The notes: generated by a model not told the origin, from the sequence alone. DNA of 64,000 nt from an uncultured bacterium (GCA_964634215.1 CAZWKR010000009.1:10764-74763); one strand, 5' to 3'. Numbered from the stretch's first letter, positions 18,780 through 29,362 are shown. Made by a program: numbers and translations.

Positions 18780-19781
18780 TTAATCCAATTCTCGTAGTAG
18801 ATCAATCAAATCAACAACGCGATTAGAATAACCCCATTCATTATCATACCAATTTAGTGTCTTTACAAAATTACCATCAATAACCCGAGTGAATGGTGCA
18901 TCATAAATTGATGAATGTGGGTTACCAATAATATCACTAGATACTACCGGTAAAGTGGAATATTCCAATACCTTCTTTAAACGTTTCGATGAAGCTGCTG
19001 CTTTTACTGCTCCGTGTATCTGATCGGGAGTCACATCATGTTTAAGTTGCGCTACTAAATCTACTACTGAGCCATCGGGAACCGGTACGCGCATTGCAAT
19101 ACCGTCTAGCTTGCCTTTTAGTTCGGGCAAGACAACTCCAACAGCTCGCGCTGCTCCGGTTGTCGTAGGTATCACATTTTCTGCAGCAGTACGACCACGA
19201 CGCCAATCACTATGTGGTACATCCGCAAGGCGTTGGTCATTTGTGTAAGCGTGGATCGTATTAATAACACCATATTCAATACCGAATGCATCATTTAAAA
19301 CTTTTGCCATTGGTGCTAAGCAATTTGTTGTACAACTTGCATTTGAGATAATGCGGTGTTCCTTATTCAATCCGTCGTCATTTACACCAATAACAACTGT
19401 ATAATCAATTTCATCTTTGGCTGGTACTGTTAAAATTACGCGCTTAGCACCGGCTTTTAAGTGTGCGGATAAAGTTTCCTTGGTACGAAAAATTCCGGTT
19501 GCTTCGATCACAATATCAATTCCGAGTTCCCCCCATGGAAGGTCTTCCGGATTTCTCTCTTCCAACATTTTTACTTTATTTTCACTTGTTTCAAGAACAT
19601 CGCCTTTCAATTCAACTTTATCAGGGAAACGTCCCATCACCGTATCATATTTCAATAAATATACTAATGAATCCGATGGTGAAATATCATTGATAGCTAC
19701 AATCTCAATATCATCTCGAGCATTCATAATACGAAATACTGATCGACCAATTCTTCCAAAACCATTAAGTGCAATTCTCAT
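18780..19781 (-). CDS. gap: Glyceraldehyde-3-phosphate dehydrogenase, type I (canonical)
   Basis: NGFGRIGR NAD motif, active site SNASCTTNCLAP, HAYT, TTGAARAV and RVPVPDGS are all present. Confidence 0.9.
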   Translation of the reverse strand: MRIALNGFGRIGRSVFRIMNARDDIEIVAINDISPSDSLVYLLKYDTVMGRFPDKVELKGDVLETSENKVKMLEERNPEDLPWGELGIDIVIEATGIFRTKETLSAHLKAGAKRVILTVPAKDEIDYTVVIGVNDDGLNKEHRIISNASCTTNCLAPMAKVLNDAFGIEYGVINTIHAYTNDQRLADVPHSDWRRGRTAAENVIPTTTGAARAVGVVLPELKGKLDGIAMRVPVPDGSVVDLVAQLKHDVTPDQIHGAVKAAASSKRLKKVLEYSTLPVVSSDIIGNPHSSIYDAPFTRVIDGNFVKTLNWYDNEWGYSNRVVDLIDLLRELD

Positions 19782-20797
19782 TATTTCACCTCCAATTTTG
19801 AATAGGCTTCAATTAGTTCGAGTATCCGTTTGGAAAAACTCCATCCATTATCATACCAACAGAGTGTTTTTAACAACTTTTCTTGAGTTATCATAGTTGC
19901 TTTTCCATCAAAAATCATTGTCTCACTTGTTCCTAATACATCAGATGAAACAATTGGATCATCGGTGTAACCGACGATTCCATTCAGCGAACCATCTGCA
20001 TATGATTTAATAGCTTCATTTAATTCCTTAACAGAAGGCATATTTTTTAATTCTGTTGATAGATCAACACAGGAGCCATCAGGAACCGGAACGTTAAGTG
20101 CCATACCGGCTAATTTACCTTTGAATTTCGGCATTAATTCGCCGACTAAGCGTGGCGATTCATTATCGTTAGGAATAATATTTTCCACTGCCGAGCGACT
20201 ACGTCGCAAATCAGAACGAACTGCATCAGCAAGCGGTTGATCAGAAGTATAAGCATGAATTGAGGTCATCATTGCTCTTTCAACACCGAATTTTTCATCG
20301 AGCATTTTGACCATTAATGCCAATACCTGCGTAGTTGATGACGTAACCGAAATCAGCTTATCGTCAGCATCAATTTCATCTTCATTGATTCCTGCAATGA
20401 CGATACGATCGCCTGCTTCTTCCGGTGGGACAGCAACGATTACACGTTTCGCTCCTTCATCAATATGTGCCTGCAAATCAGCACGATGATGATATTTGCC
20501 GGTTGCATCTATCACAAAATCAACATTATATGCATCCCAAGGAATACTTCCCGGTTTGCCACCTTCCAATAACCTGGTATTTTGATGACGCACCTTTAAA
20601 TAATTGCCATCAAGAACAACATTTTCTGTCATTGTACCATAAACGGAATCCCGCATTAGAAGATAATGCATTGCTTCCTGTTCACCCAAATCACTGATTG
20701 CCACAAAATCAAATAAAGGATTGTCATATCCTAATCGAAATAAATTCCGACCGATGCGACCAAAGCCCATTATACCAATTCTAATTTTCTTTTTCAT
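19781..20797 (-). CDS. GAPDH-like paralog lacking catalytic Cys (active-site-degenerate)
   Basis: The same fold and NAD motif (MGFGRIGR) are present. By manual alignment to the neighbouring gap, the active site reads SVTSSTTQVLAL (Cys to Ser, second Cys to Val), TTGAA is replaced by NDNES, and RVPV is replaced by NVPV. Its stop overlaps the gap start (TAATG). Confidence 0.8.
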   Translation of the reverse strand: MKKKIRIGIMGFGRIGRNLFRLGYDNPLFDFVAISDLGEQEAMHYLLMRDSVYGTMTENVVLDGNYLKVRHQNTRLLEGGKPGSIPWDAYNVDFVIDATGKYHHRADLQAHIDEGAKRVIVAVPPEEAGDRIVIAGINEDEIDADDKLISVTSSTTQVLALMVKMLDEKFGVERAMMTSIHAYTSDQPLADAVRSDLRRSRSAVENIIPNDNESPRLVGELMPKFKGKLAGMALNVPVPDGSCVDLSTELKNMPSVKELNEAIKSYADGSLNGIVGYTDDPIVSSDVLGTSETMIFDGKATMITQEKLLKTLCWYDNGWSFSKRILELIEAYSKLEVK

Positions 20798-20918
20798 ATT
20801 ATCTCCACCATTTATACATTAAAATTTAACTTATAAGTTACTTCTAAATTACTTCACTAAAAATTGAGATTTGATTGATGACAATGTATAGTATTATATT
20901 TTCTATACAATAGTGTTT

Positions 20919-22724
20919 TTATTCTTCCGATTTCTTGTTTCTTTTCCTGTCATGTTCGCTTAGCAATATTTTTCTTAAACGTATAGACTTGGGGGTCACT
21001 TCAACATATTCATCTTTTCCAATATATTCCAATGATTCTTCCAATGAAAATTTTACAGCTGGAGCAATTGATACTTTTTCATCTGATCCTGAAGCCCGCA
21101 TATTGGATAATTTTTTTGTCTTTGTGACATTTATTACTATATCTTCGTATCTTGTACTCTCTCCTATCACTTGTCCAGCATAAACTTTTTCGTTTGGATC
21201 AATGAAAAATCTACCTCTATCTTGTAACTTATCAATTGAGTAAGCAATAGATGTTCCTGATTCCATAGATATTAATGCACCATTTTTCTTGCTTAATATA
21301 TCACCTTTCCACGGTTCAAAATCTTTAAACCGATGTGATATTACGGCTTCGCCTTTTGTTGCCGTTAATATTAAATTGGTAAGTCCAATCAATCCTCTTG
21401 CTGATATTTTGAATTCATGGTTTATTCGGTCATTCTTTTTCTCAATATTGATAATATCACCCTTACGTTTTGCAACTATTTCGATTACTTTTCCGGATAA
21501 ATCCTGTGGAACATCAATATATAATAGCTCAATCGGTTCATTTTTATAGCCATCTATTTCTTTAATTACAACTTTAGGTTGACCTATTTGAAGTTCATAT
21601 CCCTCCCTTCTCATTGTTTCAACGAGAATGGATAAATGAAGGATGCCTCTACCATAAACCAGTAATTTGTCAGGCGAATCAGTTTCTTCAACCCTTAAGG
21701 CTAGGTTCTTTTCTGTTTCTTTATATAATCTTTCTCTGATATGCCTTGATGTAATAAACTTACCTTCTTTACCAAAAAACGGAGAGTTATTAATAGTAAA
21801 TAGCATACTCATGGTCGGCTCATCCACAGATATGGGTATTAAGGCTTTCGGCTCATCACTATCAGCAACTGTATCTCCAATTTCAAAATTTTCCAATCCC
21901 ATAATGGCAACAATCTCACCGGATTTAACTTCAGTTTTAATTTTTTCCTTACCCAAACCTTCAAAAATATATAGTTCCTTAACTACTGACTTATGAATTA
22001 GTCCATTTCTTTGTACAATAGAAACTCTATCACCCATTTCAATACTTCCTCTATGTACTCTTCCAACAGCAATTCTTCCTGTGTATGATGAATAATCTAA
22101 TGAGCTGATTTGTACCTGCAATGTCCCTGGATTATCTTTCGGGGGATCAATATATTCAATAATGGTATCTAATAAATAAGTAATATCATTTGTTGGTTTC
22201 GTCCATTCACTTCCCATCCAACCTTGTTTAGATGAACCATAAACAGTTGGAATATCTAATTGATCTTCCGTGGCATCTAGAGAAATCATTAAATCAAATA
22301 CCTGTTCATTCGCCTCATCCGGATTGCAATTTGGTTTGTCTACTTTATTGATAACAACGATAGGTTTTAAACCTAACTCTAATGCTTTTTGTAAAACAAA
22401 TCGTGTTTGTGGCATTGGACCCTCGAAAGCATCAACTAGCAGTAGCACACCATCGGCCATATTTAGTACACGTTCCACCTCTCCGCCAAAATCTGAGTGA
22501 CCCGGAGTATCTATAATGTTTATTTTTGTTCCTTTATATCTAACAGATACATTCTTAGATAAAATGGTTATGCCCCTCTCTCGTTCAAGATCGTTGGAGT
22601 CCAGAATCAAATCCTGGACTTCTTGATTATCTCGAAACATATTCACTTGATGCAGAATTCTATCGACCATGGTTGTTTTACCATGATCCACATGCGCAAT
22701 TATTGCAATATTTCTTATTTCCAT
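20919..22724 (-). CDS. typA: Translational GTPase TypA/BipA
   Basis: [36 protein letters not shown], and EF-G-like domains. I chose the start at 22724 rather than the 22-codon upstream extension in the ORF track. Confidence 0.9.
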   Translation of the reverse strand: MEIRNIAIIAHVDHGKTTMVDRILHQVNMFRDNQEVQDLILDSNDLERERGITILSKNVSVRYKGTKINIIDTPGHSDFGGEVERVLNMADGVLLLVDAFEGPMPQTRFVLQKALELGLKPIVVINKVDKPNCNPDEANEQVFDLMISLDATEDQLDIPTVYGSSKQGWMGSEWTKPTNDITYLLDTIIEYIDPPKDNPGTLQVQISSLDYSSYTGRIAVGRVHRGSIEMGDRVSIVQRNGLIHKSVVKELYIFEGLGKEKIKTEVKSGEIVAIMGLENFEIGDTVADSDEPKALIPISVDEPTMSMLFTINNSPFFGKEGKFITSRHIRERLYKETEKNLALRVEETDSPDKLLVYGRGILHLSILVETMRREGYELQIGQPKVVIKEIDGYKNEPIELLYIDVPQDLSGKVIEIVAKRKGDIINIEKKNDRINHEFKISARGLIGLTNLILTATKGEAVISHRFKDFEPWKGDILSKKNGALISMESGTSIAYSIDKLQDRGRFFIDPNEKVYAGQVIGESTRYEDIVINVTKTKKLSNMRASGSDEKVSIAPAVKFSLEESLEYIGKDEYVEVTPKSIRLRKILLSEHDRKRNKKSEE

Positions 22725-22795
22725 AATATTCTTAATATTTTTTAATGACCTACAAAATTGATATTTATAATTTATCTTAATATTTAACATAACAA

Positions 22796-22817
22796 AACCC
22801 CGTTGTAAAACGAGGTT
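22796..22817 (-). terminator. Hairpin terminator downstream of tRNA-Val
   Basis: The minus-strand RNA reads AACCUCGUU-UUAC-AACGGGGUU (9 bp with one G.U), followed by UUUUGUU. Confidence 0.5.
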
Positions 22818-22824
22818 TCATGAG

Positions 22825-22898
22825 TGGGCGTTGAGAGATTCGAACTCCCGACATCTGCCTTGTAAGGGCAGCGCTCTGACCATCTGAGCTAAACGCCC
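22825..22898 (-). tRNA. tRNA-Val (anticodon TAC)
   Basis: Hand-folded 74-nt cloverleaf: acceptor GGGCGTT/AACGCCC, anticodon stem CTGCC/GGCAG with loop CTTACAA, T-loop TTCGAAT. CCA is not encoded. Confidence 0.85.
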
Positions 22899-22930
22899 AA
22901 AATAATGGGTCGAAAATTACATCTATTATG

Positions 22931-25339
22931 TTATTTTGTCTCCTTCTTTTTCACACCATCCATTTTTATTCCGGGAATGGCAATTTCTATTACATCCTTC
23001 ATATCGCTTGCAAATTTAAATACTAAATCTTTTTTAATATGATCAGGAATTTCTTCTAAATCTTTCTGGTTATGATCGGGAAGAATTATAGTTTTAATTC
23101 CTAGACGATGCGCAGCAGTAACTTTTTCCTTAACACCACCTATAGGGAGAACGTTTCCTCGTAAGGTAATCTCACCAGTCATTGCTAAGTGATCTTTAAC
23201 CGATTTATCCGACAATAATGATACTAATGCAGTAAAGATTCCTACACCTGCAGATGGACCATCTTTAGGTATTGCACCTGCAGGAACGTGAATATGGATA
23301 TCTGTATCTTTATAGAAATCTTCATCAATTCCAAATAACTTGGCATGTGATCTAACATAAGTCAATGCGGCTGTTGCCGATTCCTTCATAACATCGCCCA
23401 ACTTACCGGTAAGAGTCAATTTACCGTTTCCTTTCATCTTTGACGCTTCAATAAATAATATATCTCCACCAGCCATTGTCCATGCCAAACCGATTACAAT
23501 GCCCGGCTTTGTAGCTCTTTCCGCAATATCAGAATAGAATCTCTGAGCGCCAAGATAATCAGTAACTTGTTTTTTTGTTATTTTAATTTTGCCAGATTTT
23601 TTCTCAACCTTTTCGCGGGCGACTTTACGCAATACATTTGCGATTTCTCTCTCAAGATTTCTAACTCCTGCTTCTCTAGTATATGAGCTGATTAATTCCT
23701 TAATACCGGCTACTTCAAAACTAACATCTTTATCGGTAAGTCCATTTTCTTCAATCTGTTTAGGAATAAGATGTTGTTGTGCTATGTTAATCTTTTCATC
23801 TTCAATATATCCTGTAAAATCTAATATTTCCATTCGGTCTTGCAATGCCGGAGGGATTGCATCTTTATAATTACCAGTTGCAATAAACATTACTTTGCTT
23901 AAATCAAAATCAACTTCGAGATAATGATCACTAAATGAGTAGTTCTGTTCAGGGTCTAACACCTCTAATAGAGCGGATGATGGATCACCTCTAAAATCAT
24001 TGCCGATCTTATCAATTTCATCAAGCATGAATAGCGGATTGTTAGAACCAGCTTTTTTAATCGATTGGATTATTCTACCCGGAAGTGCACCGATATATGT
24101 TCTACGATGACCACGAATTTCTGCTTCATCTCTTACGCCACCGAGCGATAGGCGAACAAACTCTCTTCCCATAGCTCTGGCGATTGACTTACCAAGTGAC
24201 GTTTTTCCAACACCGGGAGGTCCGGCAAAACATAAAATTGGACCACGCACAGCACCATCGGGACTTTTCTTCTGTTTTAAATTACGTACAGCTAAATATT
24301 CAAGAATTCTTTCCTTTACTTTACTCAATCCATAGTGGTCTTCATCTAATATTTTAAGAGCTTTTTCAATATTTATTTGATCTTTGGTAGAGTTGCTCCA
24401 AGGTAAATCGGCTAACCATTCAACATAGGTGCGTGCAACTGAATATTCAGGTGATTGAGTTGGTATTTTTGTTAATCTATCTAGTTCTTTTAATGCAACT
24501 TTATTAGCTTCATCAGTCATCTTGGCAGATTTTATACGATCCTCAAGTTCTTTTAATTCAACCGATGATTCATCTTCACCCAACTCTTTTCTGATAGCCT
24601 TCATTTGCTCGCGTAAATAATATTCACGTTGTGATTTAGAAATTTCATCTTGAACTTCACTTTGAATTTCTTCGCCTAACTTTATTCTCTGTATTTCACT
24701 ATTCAATATTTTTATAGACTTTTCTACTCTCTTCTTGATATTCATTTCCTCTAATATATCTTGTTTCTCTGAATTTGAAACTGATACAAGAGATATTGTT
24801 CTATCAGCAAGGCGTGATGCTTTCTGAATATTTGTCAACATTCCAGAATGCTCTTCTGTAAGATTGGGAGCTACTTTTACTAATTCATTAAATGCATTAT
24901 GTAAATTATTTTTTAGTGCGTCAAGTTCGACATCACCTTTAGTTTCTTCGGATTTAATTCTTTCGATAGATGCCGTAAAATATGGTTCTTCCTCTAAATA
25001 TGATAAAATCTTGACCCTTTGAACACCTTGCACAATTGCTGACTTACTATTGTCTGGCATATCAAATACTTTTAGTACAACAGCCAATGTACCATATGCA
25101 TATAGATCCGTTGGTTTAGGATCTTCGATGGAACCATCTTCTTGAGCGACTACAACAATATGCTTATCTTTAGGATCTAATTCTTCAATAAGTTTTAGTG
25201 ATCTTTCTCGACCTATATAAATTGGAATAACTTGTTGTGGAAAAAGTACCGTATTCCTTAAAGGCATAACAGGATATGAACCTGTTTTGCTTGTTTCGTC
25301 GGGTTCAATTATTACATCTTTACTATATTTTTCGCTCAT
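22931..25339 (-). CDS. lon: ATP-dependent Lon protease
   Basis: 802 aa. It has an N-terminal LON domain, Walker A GPPGVGKTS, and the protease motif PKDGPSAGV with the catalytic Ser. Confidence 0.95.
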   Translation of the reverse strand: MSEKYSKDVIIEPDETSKTGSYPVMPLRNTVLFPQQVIPIYIGRERSLKLIEELDPKDKHIVVVAQEDGSIEDPKPTDLYAYGTLAVVLKVFDMPDNSKSAIVQGVQRVKILSYLEEEPYFTASIERIKSEETKGDVELDALKNNLHNAFNELVKVAPNLTEEHSGMLTNIQKASRLADRTISLVSVSNSEKQDILEEMNIKKRVEKSIKILNSEIQRIKLGEEIQSEVQDEISKSQREYYLREQMKAIRKELGEDESSVELKELEDRIKSAKMTDEANKVALKELDRLTKIPTQSPEYSVARTYVEWLADLPWSNSTKDQINIEKALKILDEDHYGLSKVKERILEYLAVRNLKQKKSPDGAVRGPILCFAGPPGVGKTSLGKSIARAMGREFVRLSLGGVRDEAEIRGHRRTYIGALPGRIIQSIKKAGSNNPLFMLDEIDKIGNDFRGDPSSALLEVLDPEQNYSFSDHYLEVDFDLSKVMFIATGNYKDAIPPALQDRMEILDFTGYIEDEKINIAQQHLIPKQIEENGLTDKDVSFEVAGIKELISSYTREAGVRNLEREIANVLRKVAREKVEKKSGKIKITKKQVTDYLGAQRFYSDIAERATKPGIVIGLAWTMAGGDILFIEASKMKGNGKLTLTGKLGDVMKESATAALTYVRSHAKLFGIDEDFYKDTDIHIHVPAGAIPKDGPSAGVGIFTALVSLLSDKSVKDHLAMTGEITLRGNVLPIGGVKEKVTAAHRLGIKTIILPDHNQKDLEEIPDHIKKDLVFKFASDMKDVIEIAIPGIKMDGVKKKETK

Positions 25340-25475
25340 AAAAATCCTTTAATTATATATCCTTTATATTCTCAAAAAGTGTGCCAAAGATAAAATATGG
25401 TTTTACTGACAGAAAATTACTAATATGACTGATAAAATGGCAGGGAATATTCTAATAATAAATATTATATCACTT

Positions 25476-26336
25476 TCAATTTTTCAAAATTAATGATGCC
25501 TGTTCATCAGCATGATACGAACTGCGAACTAAAGGACCGGATTCAATTATATCAAATCCCATTTTCAATCCTTCCTCCTTATATAAATCAAATTCATACT
25601 TTTCAACGTATCTATCAACAGGAAGATTATTCTTCGTCGGTTGTAAATATTGACCTACTGTAAATACTCTTACTCCTAATTTCACTACTTGTTGCATCGT
25701 TTCAAGCACTTCATCATTACTCTCTCCTAATCCAACCATCATTCCACTTTTTGTTAGTAAACCATATTCAACCGATCTTTGCAAAACCCTTAAAGTTCGT
25801 TGCCATACAGCTTGTGCTCTAACCTGTTTACTTATCCTTTCTACACATTCAACATTGTGACTAAAAATATCAGGTTTGGCTTCAAAAACTGTTTGTAGAG
25901 CAGGGGGATATCCTTGAAAATCTGGTGTCAGAACTTCAATAGTGCAATCTGGTGAGGTTTTTCGAATTTCTGAAATAGTTTCTGCCCAAATAGTTGCTCC
26001 AAAATCATCTTTCAAATCGTCCCGATCAACTGAAGTTAACACAACATGCCGCAGCCCCATCTCATTAACTGCGTGACTTATACGACTTGGTTCCTTTAAA
26101 TCAATTGATGATGGTTTCCCTGTTTTTACAGAACAAAATCCACAAGCTCGTGTGCACACATCTCCTAATATCATAATAGTTGCAGTTTCCCTGCCCCAAC
26201 AATCATAAATATTTGGACAGCGAGCTTCCTCGCAGACAGTATTAAGACGGTTGCCTGATATAATTTTATTAATATTCTTATAACCATCAGTCATTCGCAA
26301 TTGTATCTTAGGTTTCGCTGAACGTGATATTTTCAT
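25476..26336 (-). CDS. lipA: Lipoyl synthase
   Basis: Both cluster motifs are present: CEEARCPN and the radical-SAM motif CTRACGFC. Confidence 0.9.
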   Translation of the reverse strand: MKISRSAKPKIQLRMTDGYKNINKIISGNRLNTVCEEARCPNIYDCWGRETATIMILGDVCTRACGFCSVKTGKPSSIDLKEPSRISHAVNEMGLRHVVLTSVDRDDLKDDFGATIWAETISEIRKTSPDCTIEVLTPDFQGYPPALQTVFEAKPDIFSHNVECVERISKQVRAQAVWQRTLRVLQRSVEYGLLTKSGMMVGLGESNDEVLETMQQVVKLGVRVFTVGQYLQPTKNNLPVDRYVEKYEFDLYKEEGLKMGFDIIESGPLVRSSYHADEQASLILKN

Positions 26337-26348
26337 TATATTTATTTA

Positions 26349-26963
26349 TTAAAAATATTTTGCAATTTCTTTGATAATTATATCTTTTACTAGATTTAAT
26401 TCAATATTTTTATTTAACAATTGTTCCATAGATGTCACTTTACAATTTTCTATTCCACAAGGAATAATCCCATCATAATATGATAGATTGGTATTTACAT
26501 TTAATGCAAACCCATGCATCGTAACACCATTTTTCACCCTAACACCAATTGCACCTATCTTTTTATCTCCAACCCATACACCAATCAATTTATCTCGTAT
26601 TTGAGCAGATATATCAAATTCCTTTAAAATATTAATCAAGATATTTTCTAATGTATGAACATATCTACCAATACTCATGTCTAACTTTTTTATATTAATG
26701 ATTGGATATCCAACTAATTGACCAGGACCATGATAAGTTACATCGCCACCACGGTCAATATTATAAATTTCTACATCTTTTGGATAATTAGTTAAAATAT
26801 TTCCTTGATCTGCGTTTTTACCAAGAGTGTAAACATGCTCATGTTCAACAAAAATAATTGAATTAGTTAATTCTTGATTAAGAACTTTTTCATGAGTGTT
26901 GGTCTGTTGTTCTAAACTAACTTTGTAAGAGCAATGTCCCAGATCAATAATATCTAATGACAC
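26349..26963 (-). CDS. lipB: Octanoyl/lipoyl transferase
   Basis: RGGDVTYHGPGQLVGYP and the KIGAIGV motif are typical of LipB. It is adjacent to lipA. Confidence 0.85.
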   Translation of the reverse strand: MSLDIIDLGHCSYKVSLEQQTNTHEKVLNQELTNSIIFVEHEHVYTLGKNADQGNILTNYPKDVEIYNIDRGGDVTYHGPGQLVGYPIINIKKLDMSIGRYVHTLENILINILKEFDISAQIRDKLIGVWVGDKKIGAIGVRVKNGVTMHGFALNVNTNLSYYDGIIPCGIENCKVTSMEQLLNKNIELNLVKDIIIKEIAKYF

Positions 26964-26969
26964 TTGTAC

Positions 26970-27545
26970 CTACAAATTCTTAAGTCCAATAATGCTGAAG
27001 AACTCATTTCTTGTTTCAACCTCATCATGGAATTCACCTATCATTGCGGAAGTAGTTGCAAAACTATTCTGCTTTTCAACGCCCCGCATTTGCATGCAAA
27101 GATGTCGCCCTTCAAGGATCACCGCCACACCGATTGGATCCAATATATCTTTTAGGGTATAGGCTATTTGATGTGTTAAACGTTCTTGCACTTGCAAACG
27201 CCGTGCAAATACATCTACCAACCGTGGTATTTTTGACAATCCAATGATTTTACCATTTGGTATATATCCAACGTGTGCTTTACCAAAAAATGGTAACATA
27301 TGGTGTTCACACATACTAAAGAATTCTATATCACGTACTACCACCATTTCCGTGCACTCTTCGTCCTCAAAAATTGCCTTATTGATAACATCATCTAAAT
27401 CAGTACGATAACCCCTAGCTAAATATTCCCAGGCACGGGCAACCCTATTTGGTGTTTTTACAAGACCCTCCCTGGTAACATCCTCACCAATTTCCTCTAA
27501 CAGAGTACTAGTAATATTTTCTATTTTTTTTAAATCTATTGTCAT
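26970..27545 (-). CDS. folE: GTP cyclohydrolase I
   Basis: [11 protein letters not shown] and the Q.QERLT motif are present. 191 aa. Confidence 0.9.
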   Translation of the reverse strand: MTIDLKKIENITSTLLEEIGEDVTREGLVKTPNRVARAWEYLARGYRTDLDDVINKAIFEDEECTEMVVVRDIEFFSMCEHHMLPFFGKAHVGYIPNGKIIGLSKIPRLVDVFARRLQVQERLTHQIAYTLKDILDPIGVAVILEGRHLCMQMRGVEKQNSFATTSAMIGEFHDEVETRNEFFSIIGLKNL

Positions 27546-28240
27546 AATGCTTCTTCCTTAAATGAATGATAGCCCCACTGTTTCTCGTCGGGATCATCGT
27601 GAACTTTTGGTTTCAAATACCAAACCCCTAAATAAAATAATGGTGTATCAAGAAAGGCTACCATAACTTTAAAAATAAATCCATTTTCAAGTAAACCGGG
27701 GAATCGCGACCATTCTACAACACCAGTTATGCAAAGCAATAAAAGTACACTGGCAGTATCAACAAATTGTGATATAATTGTTGATCCATTATTTCTCAAC
27801 CAGAGATGTTTACCTTTTGTTAATCTTTTCCAAAAATGGAAAATTCTAATATCAATAAATTGTGCAATTAAATAAGCAACCATCGAGGCGAACACTGCCG
27901 GACCAAATAATCCAAAAACCTTATTGAATGTTTCATCATTCACCGGTGACCATACTGTCTGAGGCATCGCATTTGCGAGAAGAACTACACCCATTACAAA
28001 CACACTTGCTACTAAACCGGAAATAACTATTTGATCTGCTTTTTTCTTACCGTATAACTCAGAGATTAAATCTGTCACTAAAAATGTAATCGGATAGGGT
28101 AATATTCCAACCGACAGTTCAAAAGTATATATTCCAAATGGTGCCCATGTAAAAAACTTTTGAAATATTAGATTTGACGTTATCAATGATGCAATGAAAA
28201 TTCCACCGAGAATGATATATAAACGATTTCTAAAATCCAT
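27542..28240 (-). CDS. yhhQ: Queuosine-precursor transporter (YhhQ/DUF165, VUT family)
   Basis: 232-aa polytopic membrane protein with a YhhQ-like pattern ([23 protein letters not shown]). It overlaps both queD and folE. Confidence 0.7.
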   Translation of the reverse strand: MDFRNRLYIILGGIFIASLITSNLIFQKFFTWAPFGIYTFELSVGILPYPITFLVTDLISELYGKKKADQIVISGLVASVFVMGVVLLANAMPQTVWSPVNDETFNKVFGLFGPAVFASMVAYLIAQFIDIRIFHFWKRLTKGKHLWLRNNGSTIISQFVDTASVLLLLCITGVVEWSRFPGLLENGFIFKVMVAFLDTPLFYLGVWYLKPKVHDDPDEKQWGYHSFKEEAL

Positions 28241-28644
28241 TATCCGTAATAATCCGTATAAATGGTTGGTGTTTCTACAATTCTAATACGATACAGTTTA
28301 GCATTTATTAGATGTCTTGAAATTTCTTCCCAAATAAAAATTACTAAATTCTCCGAAGAAGGTTGTTTATCTAAAAAGTATGGTAAATCTTTTTCAAATT
28401 GGCTATGATCAAGCTTACTAATTACATTTTCATTTACGATTTTTGAAAGCTCGCCCAAATCAATTAGAAAGCCGGTTTCGGGGTTGATGTCACCCGTAAC
28501 TGTTACTTCCAATTTATAATTGTGACCGTGTACTCTTGCATCAGGACCAAATACTTCTTTATTTTTTTCATCTGTCCAATCTGATTGACCATATTGATGC
28601 GCCGCACAGAAATGATATACCTTTGTAATGTATGGATTACTCAT
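28240..28644 (-). CDS. queD: 6-carboxy-5,6,7,8-tetrahydropterin synthase
   Basis: The CAAHQ...HGHNYKLEV motif of PTPS/QueD is present. 134 aa. Confidence 0.85.
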   Translation of the reverse strand: MSNPYITKVYHFCAAHQYGQSDWTDEKNKEVFGPDARVHGHNYKLEVTVTGDINPETGFLIDLGELSKIVNENVISKLDHSQFEKDLPYFLDKQPSSENLVIFIWEEISRHLINAKLYRIRIVETPTIYTDYYG

Positions 28645-28710
28645 AATTATTAATTCTTAATTTAAATGAACAGAAAATTTAGGATTATCTTGTAGGCGAC
28701 AAAAGGGATA

Positions 28711-29361
28711 TTAATTTGAAACTATAGCAGATGGACACAAATCTGCCAACACACATCTATCACATTGTGGTCGCCTAGCAATACAAACAGCCCTGCCATG
28801 GTCGATGATCATATGTGTTAATTTTACCCAATCCTCTTTATCAAAAATCTCCATTAAATCAGATTCCATTTTGACTGCATTTTTAGTATTGCTGAATCCC
28901 AATAAATTAAAGATACGTATCATGTGAGTATCTATCACCATTGACGGAACATTAAAACATTCCCCAAGTACACAACTAGCTGTTTTTCTTCCTACTCCAG
29001 GTAAACCAACTAAATCAGTCATATTTGTTGGCAATCGACCATCGTGCTCTTCAATAATTTTTAGAGCAGAACCTTGTATCGATCGGGCTTTTGAATTGTG
29101 ATAGCCAGCTGAACGTATATCTTGCGACAATTCGCCAACATCACAATAAGCGAAACTTTCTACATTTTTGTATTTATCAAATAGATTTGGAGTTATCTGA
29201 TTTACCCTTTTATCGGTACATTGTGCCGATAAAATTGTTGCAACCAATAACTGATGATCAGTTTTATAATTTAACGAACATTTAGCGTTTGGATATTCTG
29301 CCCTTAAGTGTTGTACAATTTCTGCAGCACGTTTTCGCTCTGAGGCGATATCTTTTTCCAT
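28711..29361 (-). CDS. nth: Endonuclease III
   Basis: HhH-GPD motif LPGVGRKTA and C-terminal 4Fe-4S loop C..RRPQCDRCVLADLC. Confidence 0.9.
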   Translation of the reverse strand: MEKDIASERKRAAEIVQHLRAEYPNAKCSLNYKTDHQLLVATILSAQCTDKRVNQITPNLFDKYKNVESFAYCDVGELSQDIRSAGYHNSKARSIQGSALKIIEEHDGRLPTNMTDLVGLPGVGRKTASCVLGECFNVPSMVIDTHMIRIFNLLGFSNTKNAVKMESDLMEIFDKEDWVKLTHMIIDHGRAVCIARRPQCDRCVLADLCPSAIVSN

Positions 29362-29362
29362 A

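Noticed and set aside
20857-20885. Inverted repeat TGTATAG-N11-CTATACA downstream of typA, as a terminator.
   Set aside because: No T-run follows the hairpin on the transcribed (minus) strand, and the stem is A/T-rich and weak. I did not list it as a feature.
22725-22790. N-terminal extensions in the ORF track: typA +22 codons, hemW +14, thiN +5, YciI +6, AMP nucleosidase +11, cupin +20.
   Set aside because: The conserved protein N-termini begin at internal Met codons. These either follow Shine-Dalgarno-like sequences (AAGGAG, GGGAGAG) or create ATGA/TAATG coupling overlaps. The extensions have no homology-like features.
22796-22930. Genomic island or integrated element adjacent to tRNA-Val (and likewise tRNA-Glu at 51546..51617).
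   Set aside because: There is no integrase, no duplicated tRNA 3' end and no obvious direct repeat. Flanking genes are housekeeping (typA, lon; xth, glpD-like).
28645-28710. Possible preQ1 riboswitch in the leader of queD-yhhQ-folE.
   Set aside because: The minus-strand leader has a short hairpin (UUUUGU-CGCCU-ACAAGA). It lacks the A-rich tail (AAAAAACUA-like) and the conserved loop residues of preQ1-I, so there is no convincing match by eye. A covariance-model scan would settle it.
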